Assembly: GCA_964270895.1 (NCBI GenBank)
Contig: OZ185443.1
Source: Podarcis filfolensis
Lineage: Eukaryota
Direction: 5' to 3' (one strand)
Length of the DNA stretch: 64,000 nucleotides
Shown in pieces: positions 25,366-37,526 of the stretch. The notes below the pieces were generated by a model. The model saw only the letters and a program-made list of their open reading frames with translations, searched no databases and was not told the DNA's origin. The position numbers and the translations under genes are program-made. Position 1 is the first letter of the stretch; each line of letters starts with the position of its first letter.

Positions 25366-27252
25366 CCTCCAGCTTTCTTAAGCAGCTAAGTGGGAAGCTT
25401 ATTTACTGCATTTATATCCCATTGGGACCACAGTGATTCCTGTAGCTTGGTGTCTAAACAACATTTATCAATCACTCATTGGCTGAAAACACTGACTGGT
25501 GGGAGTAGCTAACTTCACTCATTTCACAGAAATCACTTAGATCAGAACCTGAACACTTTGCTTCATAATTTTCTTTCAGGAATGTTAGAGGCATACCTTG
25601 AACCTTCATTCTTTTTTTTAAAGAAATAGTCCAGGCCCACTGCCTGGGGTTTTCACTGTAGGTAAACGTGGGCGCCATGGGTTGGCAACCCTCTCATTTC
25701 TTGAGGGGGCATTGAGAGGGCAAGAATGGCCATTTTTTATTCTTCCTAGTATCCTTTCTGTGAAAGAGCTTTCTCATTTTCCTTTATCCTTACAACAATT
25801 CTGTAATATTGGCTGTGGTGATTTGCTTCAGGACAACCATTAAGTGTCATGACCAAGTGAGGCATTTAAACCTTCATTTCCCATACCTAAACACACTACT
25901 GAACTAATTGTACTCCCTACTAATTGTACTCCCTACACCCGCCATTTTCTCTCCCTCCCACCTCAGCAACCTGCACAATCAAGAGGAAGTGGTACATGTG
26001 CCCCACAAAACAGCCACCAGCAGAGTGAACGGCTCCAGATGATTAAGCCAGTGAGTTAGGTGGCAGGCCATTTTCTTGCTGCCATTTTCTGTTTTGTTGC
26101 ATTAGGAACCCAGCACCCCAGCTTAGCCTTATAGACCTAAATCCACAGTGGTTATTCCGGCATATTCATGTATGAATCATGCCCGTAAGTGTGTCCGTGA
26201 CGTGTTCTATATGCTTAAACAGAAGCTAGCTTGGTATGGTGCCCTTTGTGCTGCCTCTGCTCTGCTTTATGTGTTCTGGGAAAAGCGAAGCAGTGTGACC
26301 AGTTTGGACTGAGGCGTATTAACAAAAGCAGCATGATTGCTTGGAGTATTCTCAAGGCTGCCTGTGCTGTTTTTGGCTGCAGCCCATGTTATGTCACTCT
26401 GTTACTGTCATAACCTCTGAAGGTCAGCAAATTCACCTAGCATGATTCCTGCATTCTTTCTCCCTCCCATCTTCATTCCAGGCTCTTGTTCAAGCTGCTT
26501 AGGTCTTTTTTCTTTGTACTCCTCACTTAGTAGGTCATGTTTCTGCCTCATCTAGCTGTGCATTTCAGAGTAGCTGAGGTCAGGTTAGAAGTGAAATTGG
26601 GAAGTTTGTTTTTCAGGTTTTTGGTGTGTTTCTTTTAGAGAGACCGGCCGATCTGGATACACAGGCTCTGTGTCCTACTTGGAAGCATTAGTAATTTGCA
26701 GTTGCGAATATTATGGAAGCGGCTGTAGCTAACAATTGCTAGATGTTGCCATTCTCCTTCAGCTGGAATAGTCAGGGGAGCATGGTAAAGTCCAGGCTAG
26801 AGAGCTGTGGGTCTTGGAGACATTTCTAATGGAAAGTGCCCTGAATATTGCTATTTTTGAATAGTACTAGGCCTGAAAGCAAGTAATAATTTTCTAGTGT
26901 TTGCACTGCTCTACCCTCTCACGCCCTACCACAGACAAACATGCTACTCAGAGACAGAAGCAATTAGATGTGCACATACATAACTTGTAGAAGCAAGTTC
27001 ACCTATTCTTACACCTCAAGCACTCTGCATTTCCCTTCTGCCTGATGGAGGCAGCCTGCTTTTTGCAGACAGTGCCAGCGATGACAGTGCACTGTGTTGT
27101 TAGATTCTGGACTTGAGAACCAGCTGCTTGCTGGGCTCAGATTTTGGAAAAGGTGGGGGGGATCACCAACAACTGGTGGCCAGGAGTGCTTTTACCCAGT
27201 TTGGGCTAGTGAGTCAGCTGTGCCTGGTTTTTTAGCAAAGGCAGATCTGACT

Positions 27253-27341
27253 GTGGTCATGTCAAGACTGTGTTATGGCAACACCCTGTATGTGGGGCTG
27301 TCTTTGAAGACCATTAGAAACTTAAGCAGGTTCACAATACA
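27253..27341 (+). mobile_element. L2 LINE ORF2 fragment
   Basis: VVMSRLCYGNTLYVGLSLKTIRNL matches L2 LV.SRLDYCNALY.GLPLKT.RKLQ. Confidence 0.65.
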
Positions 27342-27384
27342 GTTCTAGGATTTTTGAGCAGAGCCATCATTGTGGGCTTCCCAT

Positions 27385-27460
27385 AGACATCTGGCTGCCC
27401 ACTGTGGGCTATGGGATGCTGGACTAAATTGGCCTTTGGAGTGATCTAGTAGGGCTCTTT
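27385..27460 (+). mobile_element. CR1 LINE 3' end fragment
   Basis: GGCTTCCCATAGACATCTGGCTGCCCACTGTG...GGATGCTGGACTAAATTGGCCTTTGG..TGATCTAGTAGGGCTCTT resembles the squamate CR1 3' UTR. Confidence 0.6.
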
Positions 27461-27954
27461 ATATTATACCCTTTAAAAAAGTATAAAGCTTCTATTTCTG
27501 CTTTTGGTATTCCTGGTGGAACAGCCCATTGGGTATGTTACCTTGGGACAGGAGTCCAGGACCATGAATTCATAGATTCTATGCTTGAACAAGATTTGCA
27601 CATGACCTTTTTTCCTGTTAACTGTGACACTCTCTAAGAGGTAGGACTAAAATAGAAACAGGGTGGTCTGGAGAGATGTGACTGAGTGACTCTGTAACTT
27701 CGCCTGTGGGCAATCCAGAGTTTTGCCTGGGTCTTCATGACTCTCTAAAACAATATACTTGGTTGCAGGGGGAGGGGAGCTGATGGTTTGAATCTACGTT
27801 TTCCAATCTTAATAAAAAGCTGCAGGAAAAGATTGCTGTTTTGTATTGGCGTTCAGTTAACTGATTTTCACACACGAGCTGCTTGCTTTTTTAGGCTTTA
27901 TTCTTTCTGGACACTTTGTGTCACGGTGTCAGGGTTAACTGGGTGGGATCCCTC

Positions 27955-28068
27955 AGTGGAATAGTACACACTTTGCATGCAGATTCAATCCCTGGTATTT
28001 CCAGTTTAAAATGTCCAGGTAACAAGTGATGAGAGACACTCCCTAATGCCCAGGGAGCTGCTGTCAGT
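27955..28068 (+). mobile_element. Decayed tRNA-derived SINE (Squam2-like)
   Basis: ACTTTGCATGCAG, ATTCAATCCCTGGTATTTCCAG and GAGCTGCTGTCAGTCA match the family at 57386 and 58472. Confidence 0.45.
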
Positions 28069-28195
28069 CACAGTTGGAAGGGACCACAAGGGTTATCTAG
28101 TCCAGCCCCCCTGTAGTGTAGGAATCTTTTGCCCAACAAGGGACTTGAACCCACAGCCCTGAGATTCAGAGTCTCACGCTCTACCCACTGAGCTA
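28069..28195 (-). mobile_element. tRNA-Lys(CTT)-derived SINE with CR1-like tail, copy 1
   Basis: Reverse complement reads TAGCTCAGTGGGTAGAGCGTGAGACTCTGAATCTCAGGGCTGTGGGTTCAAGTCCC..GTTGGGC (tRNA-Lys-like), then AAAAGATTCC...GGACTAGAT...GGTCCCTTCCAACT (CR1 tail). Confidence 0.75.
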
Positions 28196-29184
28196 GGTGG
28201 ACAAATTGTGTGACCTAGAATAAGACAGCTTCCTTTTTTTCTTTCTTATTTAGAACAAGTGGATGTGGCACAAGGAAGGGAACTGTAGTCATCCATGTTT
28301 TTCTATCAGATTTTTCTTTTAGATATATTTTTTGTTGGATTTTGTATCTGCAGTCAGTTGAGCGTAACACTTTTCCGCGATTGCATTAAGCTGATGCAAG
28401 ACCAGTTTCCAGTCGTATTTTCTGTAGGGAAATTTTATTTTGCTCTTCATCAGTGTTTTGCAAATATTCCACTTGTGATTATTAATACTACCTGTATCTC
28501 GGAATGAATTGTCCTAATCATTAATGAACCGAGTCAAAGAAATGGACCCGATACCATTAAATTGGATGGTTCTGTATAGCACCTGGTTCATGTTGACTGC
28601 AGAAATTGGATAGCCAATTTGTTTGTTTTTTGTAACAGAGAAAAATACATCGAAATGCCACTAGTATAGGTGGGTGCCTCCCTTCCCTTTGGTTTGCTGC
28701 TGCTAGACCACATCGTGATGGAATGTCATTGTGAGCTTGCTGATAGATGCAGGAGAAGATTAATGTTCCTTCTGTCAACTAGGTAAAAGAAGAATCTGGT
28801 CCCTAAACACTAAATATTGTGAATCATCTGGGCTGTTTACAGAGATGTCTGGAATTTGGCAGTAAATTTTAGCTGTGTGCTACCTTGTGAATGCAGAAGC
28901 TTTAAGAGCAGTGTTCCAGGTTATATTTGTGCCTAGTGGGCTAGCGTGAATTTCAGCTTGCACATTTAAAAGTACAAAGCAAACAAAATCTTACATTTAA
29001 ATTACTTAAATAAAAAGAGAAATAGGCTCATATAACGAAAAAAATTCAATTTAAATGTTGAATGACAATACACAAAGAGGAATGAAAGCACTGTCCTATC
29101 ATAAATTGCTCCCCAAGTATGTGGGGTTTCCTATAATCAAGCAGCATACTGTATAAATTTTATGAAATAAATAAGCATGAGCCT

Positions 29185-29365
29185 GTGTAGAAGTTAGTTT
29201 TTTGGACTTGGGCAGAGGAGACACTTGGCCATGAAATTCATTGAGTGACCATGGCAGGTCACTCCCTCTCAGCCCAACATATTTCATGGGGTTGTTGAGA
29301 CACGACATTGTCTTGTACACTACCCTGAGCTCATTGTAAGGAAGATATGAGCATAATGTAATGTG
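29185..29365 (+). mobile_element. Squam3-like SINE, decayed
   Basis: GGCCATGAAATTCATTGAGTGACCATGG..GGTCACTCCCTCTCAGCCCAAC...GGGTTGTTG...ACCCTGAGCTC. Confidence 0.55.
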
Positions 29366-29425
29366 AATATGCAGTCCATCATTTTATTTTTATTTGAGAA
29401 CAGTTTTCAACTACTTCAGTCTTCC

Positions 29426-29516
29426 AGGGCAATCTTATGCATGCCTACTTTGAAGTAAATCCCACTGAGTTCAGTGGGTTTTACTACCATGAAAATGTGC
29501 CTTGGATTTGTAGCCT
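29426..29516. mobile_element. Short (about 90 bp) Harbinger-like MITE; further copies near 25-85, 850-900 and 55338-55429
   Basis: Shared core ATGCATGC.TACT.TGAAGTAAATCCCACTG.GTTCAGTGGG with AGGGCAATC / GGATT.GTAGCCT ends. Superfamily is inferred. Confidence 0.55.
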
Positions 29517-30852
29517 TAGATGATTTTCCATTGGCTTCAGCAGGTTTACAGCTAAACTTAACCTGTATTGCTTCATTCCGCCACAAATTTGACTGCCGTT
29601 TTGTCCGGCAACCCCAGAGACTGCCTGAAAGGAAGCTGGAGGCACAACAAAGGCAAATTCATTTCTAGAGAGCAAACCTCTGTCCCCCAATCACAAAATT
29701 GTTGTCTGAATCAAACCCAAATAACCAGTTGCTGCGCTTCCATTTCCTGTTCTGCTGTTGCCTCTGCCCTGGCTCCTGATGGTACACATTGAAATGCAAA
29801 TGACAGCAGTAATTGGCTGAGAGATAAACCACAATGAGTGACTGAGCCATGCAGCAGGGAGTTAAGTGGCTAAGTGACAATTATTGCGCTGCATCCTCCA
29901 GGATCATGAGCAGCAGCACCGTTTGTTCTGGGATTTAAAGGAACTGTAACACTTTAATTGCAGGGCTTTTTAAAAAAAATTATTTGGTTAACGTGGCTCA
30001 CATAGTTTCTCTTCTGGTTCAGCTTCAGCATGAAGTAGGGTTGGGGAAAGGGCTTTTGCTTTCCCTTGTTTTATTCCTAAGTCTTATACTTGTTTATCAC
30101 ATTTTTCTGTTTTTTATTAGGTATTTTCATGTCTTTAAAACACATTGCAGTGCTTCTGGGTGGGCAGAAGGGAAATAGATGGAGAAAGTTGGTAATTAAC
30201 ACAGAAACTAAAGGTGACATCCAATTAAGTCATATTTGGAGTAGGCCCACTGAAAGCAGTGGATTTTCTTGGTTTCGGTGGATGTACTCAGAGTATGAGT
30301 AACATTAGACATCTCCCTAAGGCTGTATGTTTTGAATGACTGTTCAGCTGAAGGAACACTGGCAGTAGCAAGTTAAAATGGAATCTTGCAGTGGAGTTTT
30401 AAATGAACAGTTTTGGGCGATGCAGATTGCAGGCGTGGCCCCATTTTCCCCACCCCTGGCCATTCCATCTGTGTTGGGGCCTGCAGCAGGATGTGTGTGT
30501 TTGCTTTAAAAGTACTTCTGCCCCACTCTTTAACCAAAAAGAGTCCTGGGAGCTTTTTTAAAAACCCAGTAAGAGCATCCATGCCTACCATAGGCATGTG
30601 CCCCACTGGAATTTTACTTACAAGGGAACAAGACCCTTGAACTGAACCCCTGCTCTGAGTACTTGTTTCTAAAGTTATTTTAATAAAGCAATACTCTGCT
30701 TCTCTGCAATTTCCTGGGGGCCTGAAGATTACACACACTCCCTTCCCAACATTCCCTGAACTCTTGCCCACATTGGGGCTTGTCTGCCTCAATGGCAAGC
30801 TCTCTTATCATCTCCACAATATGCACAGAGCCCAGTCCATGTTCTTCTAGCC

Positions 30853-31103
30853 CAGGGGTAGGCAAACTAAGGCCCAGGGGCTGGATCTGGCCCAATTGCC
30901 TTCTCAATCCGGCCTGCGGACGGTCCGGGAATCAGCATGTTTTTACATGAGTAGAATGTGTGCTTTTATTTAAAATTCATCTCTGGGTTATTTGTGGGGC
31001 ATAGGAATTTGTTCTTTTTTTATTAAAAAAAAATAGTCCGGCCCCCCACAAGGTCTGAGGGACAGTGGACCGGCCCACTGCTGAAAAAGGTTGCTGACCC
31101 CTG
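30853..31103 (+). mobile_element. hAT (Charlie-like) MITE
   Basis: TIR CAGGGGTAGGCAA / TTGCTGACCCCTG, TSD TTCTAGCC / TTCTATCC (7/8); same family as 37277-37526. Confidence 0.85.
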
Positions 31104-31460
31104 TTCTATCCAGTCTAGCATACCAGAATCTGGAGCCATTCCAAGCCCAGGTTTTGCTTAGGACTCAAGTTCTCACTTCCTGCCTGACAGCCATGAAAGG
31201 TTTTGGTAGGCCTTGCTTTGAGTCTTGCTTTGATGCCAAAGTTGTTCTAATAAAACCACACTCTGCTTAGACCTCTTCTCTGCATTTTTCTGGGTTCCTG
31301 GAGAACCTTCTATCTGCAGTGGAGTCTGGTCCATTAGGATGAATGGGGTCCTGCCGCACCAAACTCAGTCTGCCCCAGTGAGCCTCCATCTGCCTGCCTT
31401 CTAACTTACTATCAGTTAATGGGGTGGCACTGACTGTCGGCTTCCTCCTCTTTAATCTAA

Positions 31461-31769
31461 GACTGCATTCATACATTTAAAGCAGTATGATGCCACTTCA
31501 AATAGTTGTGGTTTCCCCCCAAAGATTTCTGGGAGCTGTAGTTTAAGAGTGTTGAGAGTTGGTAGAAGACCCCTGTTCTTCTTACAGAGCTTCAATTCCC
31601 AGAAGAGGGATTGTTAAACCACCCATCGAATTGTAGCTCTGGAAGGGGAATAGAGGTGCCCTACCATCTTCCAGTGCCTTAACTAACGAGAGCTCCCAGA
31701 ATTCTCTGGGGGAAGCCATTACTGTTTAGGAGAATCATAGCGCTTAAAAAGTATGGTGTGAATGTAACC
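31461..31769. mobile_element. Palindromic Harbinger-like MITE
   Basis: The two halves are imperfect reverse complements (CATACATTTAAAGC...TTCCCCC..AG / CT..GGGGAAGC...AAGTATGGTGTGAATG); flanks TAA / TGA fit a 3-bp TSD. Confidence 0.7.
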
Positions 31770-32849
31770 TGACCAATGCCCATGTTGAACTCGATATGAA
31801 AAAGTATGGCAACAAAAGCAGAATTAGTTGGCTAGGCCTGTCATTGACTTTGGCTCCCCCTACTGTTAGTCTCCCTGCCTTCCTCCCTACCAGTAACAAA
31901 CTTAGTTGGTCTCTACTGGAAGAATTTTTTTTAAATTTTGTTTAGTCACCACCGTATTTAGCACTCTCTGGTACTGCTAAATCACTTCTTAGTGGTGACA
32001 GTGATGCCATAAAGATTTGCTCTTATTTGTAAACTGAGTAAAGCACCCAACTCGGTGGATGCTTCAGGAAATAAAACCAGTAATTTTTATGCTGATGCAA
32101 TGACGGTTTCAGAATGTAGGAGACAACTGCATGTTTGCATGCTCTGGATGTTGGGGAGAAGGGTTTTGAAACTGTAACTTCGAGCTGGTTATTGAGCTGG
32201 TGTGTCTCCCCTATCGCCATCCTTTTTTCCTTTTGTGTCATGAATGAAAAGGCTGCCTTATTATGGATATTGTAATCCACTCCAGGAGTCTTTCTTGGCA
32301 AAAGAGCAAGGTAAAATGTTTTAAACAAACAAATAAACAATGGCTGTTCTTATTTGGGAGCTCTGTATGCACAGGGAATACTTTATGCTGAGGAAAATTA
32401 AAACTTGTGAGGAGGTCTGAATGAGGCTTCCCATATGTTCAATTCAGAATGTGGAATCGGAGGCCATTGTATTAATTATTAAACGCTAGCCTTTGGGGAG
32501 GAAAGGTAGACCCAGATTCTGGCTGTGCATTTAACGCCACAGTGGCCGTGAAGTTCAGGAAGAAGAGCCTTTTAGGAGTCGGCAGGATTAGAGGGCTAGA
32601 ATTGCTGTGTGGAACGGAGCAGTCAGAAAATTGATTGGGTGCAGCATAAAACAAAACATTAGGGCGTGATAATTCATAGCACTTGCACTGAGACAAGAAG
32701 AAGTTTATCTAGTTGATCCAGTAACCTGAAAGGGAAAAATGTTTATATATAAAATTTGAGGGGAGAGGCTGCTTGATCTGTGGGATTCATTGCTACAGTG
32801 GATTGGGGCAGGGGTGGGGGGAGAGGTTTAGTCAAAAGCCACAACAATA

Positions 32850-33320
32850 TTTTATTTATGTTGTTCCTTAAAATATTTATGGCCTGCCATTCATTTATAT
32901 AGATCCCAGAGCAGGGTGTGCAGTACATTATATAAACATAACAATAAAACAATCAGAATAGAATCTGCTAAAAACAAAACACACTGCAGCAGAGCTGGTC
33001 AAAGAGTAAAGCTCTTAAAACACCTGCACCAATAGACAAGTTTTGACCAGGTGCCAAAGTGATAGCAATGTCAGCACCTGGCATACTGCTAATGGGAGGG
33101 CACCGCCACCAAGAAGGCCATCTCTTGTATCACCACATCATGCACTTTCCCTAACAATGAGATGTGGAAAAGAGTCAACTCCCTTAGAAAATTTCAAGTC
33201 ATGGTTAGGCTGGTAAAGGGAGAGGTGTTCCTTTGAGTATTTGACTCCTAAGCTATCTCGATCTGTAGAAGCAAGTCCCTAACACTGAATTTGGCTCAGG
33301 AAATAAATAGGCAACTATTT
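32850..33320 (-). mobile_element. L2 LINE 3' region, decayed
   Basis: GGGAGGGCACCGCCACCAAGAAGGCCATCT and AGAGGTGTTCCTTTGAGTATTTG.CTCCTAAG resemble the reverse complement of the L2 ORF2 end; A-rich tail towards 32860. Confidence 0.55.
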
Positions 33321-33342
33321 TACACAATTTAACCAAATCTGG

Positions 33343-33391
<49 letters not shown>
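33343..33391. repeat. (AAT)n microsatellite
   Basis: Read directly, about 16 units. Confidence 0.95.
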
Positions 33392-33393
<2 letters not shown>

Positions 33394-33654
33394 TAGTGCA
33401 CCTTTTTGTAAATGAGCTCACAAAAGTCACTAGCCTGCAATATAAATTAATGCAGTCAAACAAGTCTGCTGGAGTTTGGCAGAAGAGAGGTGGGAATTCA
33501 GTCTGTTCTGAAAGTCTGCTGGGCACAGAGGTGGGGCTGAGTACTGCATCCCTCTTCTGCCAATCCCTTCAATTGCCTACATGGAATTTAATGCAGCCAC
33601 CTGCATGATGGCTGTGTTTTGCCTCCATTGTTGAAATCCGTACGCTTTGAATAC

Positions 33655-33745
33655 CAGTTTCTGGGAATTGCCAATGGAGAGAGGTGCTGTTTCACTCGCC
33701 TCCTGGCCTCTGTCTGGCCACTGAGAACAGGATGTTCTTATGCAG
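33655..33745 (+). mobile_element. CR1 3' end fragment
   Basis: CTGGGAA...GAGAGGTGCTGTT.CACTC.CCTCCTG...CTGGCCACTGAGAACAGGATG. Confidence 0.45.
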
Positions 33746-34673
33746 CTTCTTTTCCCATGTGGCTACCAGGCTAGCGCTTAAATACAAGCCGGGATAGTTG
33801 ATCTCTCCTGTCTGCATTGTCTATTAAAAGGAGGAAGGGAAAATATTACCCCCAAAATGAAATAACTCTGTAAACATTAAAAATACTCTTCTAAAATGAA
33901 GCCACATCTTAAAGGACCAAAGGAAATTGGTGAACCACATTGACATTTGGGTCTTCAGCAAATCCTAATGCTCTACAAAAATATTTTATAGACTCGCTTT
34001 CTGTCTGTATACCATTTCTCAGTCGGATCTGGATTCTCTGAATAGCACAGAATGTTTTAGAAATAGGTTTAGATGACCATGCACATAAACATTTACAGCA
34101 TAATAGTCAATAATAATTTCACCGCATAGCCTACTGTCTAGGTATGGTTAAGACTCTCTGTGTAACCAGCAGTTGCTCCCTGTACAATTGGGGAAGATTG
34201 AAGCAGGCAAGATTTTGCTCATGCACAGTAAGACATAATGTATGACTTGCTGTGATGTGTGGACCTGGCCAATGCAACCCAAGAAATCAATATATTCTGT
34301 AGCTTTCCATTTTGTTTTGCATCTTCATCCAGCAAATTGTGTTAGACAGTTACACTGTGTCTTTAAAAAACAAAAGAAATTGTGTAACTTAGCTGGGCTT
34401 GCACCATTGCCATTGATCTCACTTTTCACATTTAATGGTGCTGTTTGATTTGGAGAAATGTTTGGAGTGGAATGTTCAGTTCTTCTGCAGACAGAAGCCT
34501 GCTTGGGTGTGGGAAATGGAAGTAGCCATATATTGGCTCCATTACAGAAGAACATTCAGTGATGATCCACTTCAGTTATCAAGTCGGGGAGCGGGGAGTT
34601 CATAGATTCTTCCTGCTCTAGCTTCTGTACCTCAGTGTTTGGGTCTCATTAAGTGGTGCCTTGACTTCGAGTT

Positions 34674-34675
<2 letters not shown>

Positions 34676-34720
<45 letters not shown>
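34676..34720. repeat. (AAT)n microsatellite
   Basis: Read directly, about 15 units. Confidence 0.95.
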
Positions 34721-34725
<5 letters not shown>

Positions 34726-35103
34726 ACCATTTCCAGACAGAACAATTATTGACATACTCACCTTTCCTCATCTCCCTCTCCTCCCAGTGCCACATCTGCC
34801 TACCTTTAAAGGCAGTTGATTTGTTTTTAACTTACACAGAATGGGATAAGTAGGGAAGTGTGGTATTGTGTGCACTGTATTTCAAAGCTGCAGTTTTGCC
34901 CTTGGAAAAGGAGCTTCTTGGCTGAATCCCTCAATATTATGAAGTCAGTGTTTAGATTTGTAGGTTTCTTTTGTGTGTGTGTGTGGCTGTGTGTGTTCAG
35001 TTACTTCTTTCACCCTGGAGAATCTGGAGTCTTCCCAATAGTTAAAGTTCATTGTATAGAAGCACATAAACATGTTTCCAAGTGTTGGCTAAAAGTATTC
35101 TGA

Positions 35104-35456
35104 AAACCCTAAACGGCCTCGGTCCAGTATATCTGAAGGAGCGTCTCCTCCCCCATCATTCTGCCCGGACACTGAGGTCCAGCTCCGAGGGCCTCCTGGC
35201 GGTTCCCTCACTGTGAGAGGCTAAGTTACAGGGAACCAGGCAGAGGGCCTTCTCGGTAGTGGCGCCTGCCCTGTGGAACGCCCTCCCATCAGATGTCAAA
35301 ACGATAAACATCTACCTGACATTCAGAAGACATCTGAAGGCAGCCCTGTTCAGGGAAGTTTTTAATATGTGACATTTTAGTGTATCTTTCATCTTTGTTG
35401 GAAGCTGCCCAGAGTGGCTGGGGAAACCCAGCCAGATGGGTGGGGTACAAATAATA

Positions 35457-35504
<48 letters not shown>
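35104..35504 (+). mobile_element. Young 5'-truncated L2 LINE with (TAA)n tail
   Basis: Frame KTLNGLGPVYLKERLLPHHSARTLRSSSEGLLAVPSL*EAKLQGTRQRAFSVVAPALWNALPSDVK...FRRHLKAALFREVFN (L2 ORF2 C-terminus, one stop), then 3'UTR and AAT tail. Confidence 0.85.
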
Positions 35505-35540
35505 TAAAGCACTGAAATTAGGAATGGGTCTAGGCTGCAG

Positions 35541-35889
35541 GGACGGGGGTGGCGCTGTGGGTTAAACCACAGAACCTAGGGCTTGCCGATCAGAAGGTCA
35601 GTGGTTCGAATCCCCATGATGAGGTGAGCTCCCATTACTTGGTCCCTGCTTCTGCCAACCTAGCAGTTCGAAAGCACATCAAAGTGCAAGTAGGTAAATA
35701 GGTACCGCTCCGGCGGGAAGGTAAACGGTGTTTCCATGAGCTGCTCTGGTTTCACCAGAAGTGGCTTAGTCATGCTGGCCACATGACTCAGAAGCTGACC
35801 CTCGGCCAGTAAAGCAAGATGAGCGCCAGAACTCCAGAGTCGTCCGTGACTGGACCTAACGGTCAGGGGTCCCTTTACCTTTACCTTTA
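35541..35889 (+). mobile_element. Sauria SINE (Squam1), full length
   Basis: GGACG.GGGTGGCGCTGTGGGTTAAACC (A box), GGTTCGAATCCC (B box), CTAGCAGTTCGAAAGCAC, tail (CCTTTA)3, perfect 10-bp TSD TAGGCTGCAG (35531-35540 and 35890-35899). Confidence 0.93.
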
Positions 35890-36488
35890 TAGGCTGCAGA
35901 CTTAAAGACATTTCCAAAGTGGGTATTTCACTAAAATCAATTAGAGTTACTTCAATGTAATGTGTTTGGATCTGATGGAATAGTTAAGTTGATAGGTTAA
36001 GATAAGTTGATAGGTTAAGATAACAGAAAGCTGAAGCAGATTTTGGGGGGGGGGCTGGGGATAAGCTTTGTCAGATATTTCAGCCTTTGACTTGGGATGA
36101 AACAAGGAAAATTAACTGAAAATTCAACATCATATGTATGTTGGGACTGGACAGAACTAAATGTCCCCCCAGGGGGGCATTTGAAGCATTTATATGCCTC
36201 TTCACTCTTCACTGTATTTCAAAGTGGTGTTGCTTTTCTTTTGACATTTCATATTTTGATGTGCATTGCGAAAATGGTGCATGAAGTCACCTGAAGGAAG
36301 CAGTGGTACTAAGACCTTTTCATCACTAATTTTAAATTTACCCCCTGGCACTGCTGGATATCATTTTAGAGATAAGCCAGTGTTATTGAAAGCAGAACCT
36401 ACTCTGGAAACTTCCTGTCAAGCATCAATATAGTCACCGTGTAACCATGTTGCCTCTTACTGCCCTGGAAACTAGTGAGTCCATTGAT

Positions 36489-36602
36489 CAGCTTTTCTCA
36501 ACCTGGCATTGTACAGATGTTTTGGACTAGAGTTGTGTTGGCTGAGATTGATGGATGTTGTAGTCCAAAACTTCCTGGAGAGCACCAGGTTTGGGAAGGT
36601 TG
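36489..36602. mobile_element. Short hAT-type palindromic MITE
   Basis: CAGCTTTTCTCAACCTGG...CCAGGTTTGGGAAGGTTG, internal TTTTGGACTA / TAGTCCAAAA, flanks CCATTGAT / GCATAGAT (6/8). Confidence 0.6.
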
Positions 36603-37276
36603 GCATAGATGGCATGTTTGCACACCCACCTTGAGTCAAGTAGACTTGAGTGATGAGGATGCTTTAGTATATGTCTTGAAGCACCTTACATGCCGAAACG
36701 CATGTTTAGCGACTGCTCATAATAGATAGTTGCCAAGTCATTTATAAAAAGTTAGATACTAATCGACATAAAAGTGATAGACTTTAAGACATAGCCCTGT
36801 ATTTATATTAGCAGAAGGACTGGTTCCTTAGCTGTTAAACCCATTAGTAAGGAATATACACAGGACAGCTGAAGTGGTGTAACAATAGCTTGACACACAC
36901 TGTCAAATAGTATAAGGAAAAAAAGGCAACTGCTTCTCTATCTCTCTCCCTCTTTTGCTTAGTGTATACTGGTGTCCAAATTATATGTTTGGATAAATTG
37001 TCCAGTCCAGTTCTTAGCAGCTCGGAGAACTATAATGGAAATAACTCTAGATGTTAAATTCCTGTCTTAACTAACAGTATAATGGGGTAACTTGATTCAC
37101 AGAAGCCATGAGAACAAACTATGTTGTTTTACATAAATATTACCCTTTGCAAAACTTGGCTTTTGCTTTTGTTTTCTCTGTTTTTGTCAAGTTTATGTTC
37201 AGGCCCTACCTCTTCTGGACATAGAGGAGATTATCAGCCCTGCCCTGGCTGTAGACTCAGTTCAGAGGCTCTGTTG

Positions 37277-37526
37277 CAGAGGTCAGCAAACTTTTTCAGC
37301 CGGGGGCTGGTCCACTGTCCCTCAGACCTTGTGGGGGGCTGGACTATATTGGGGGGGGGGGAATGAATGAATTCCTATGCCCCACAAATAATCCAGAGAT
37401 GCATTTTAAATAAAAGGACACATTCTACTCATGTAAAAACATGCTGATTCACGGACTGTCCACGGGCCAGATTTAGAAGGCGATTGGGCCGGATCCGGCC
37501 CCCGGGCCTTAGTTTGGCTACCCATG
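37277..37526 (-). mobile_element. hAT (Charlie-like) MITE, reverse orientation to 30853 copy
   Basis: CAGAGGTCAGCAAAC...AGTTTGGCTACCCATG with perfect 8-bp TSD CTCTGTTG (37269-37276 and 37527-37534). Confidence 0.87.
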
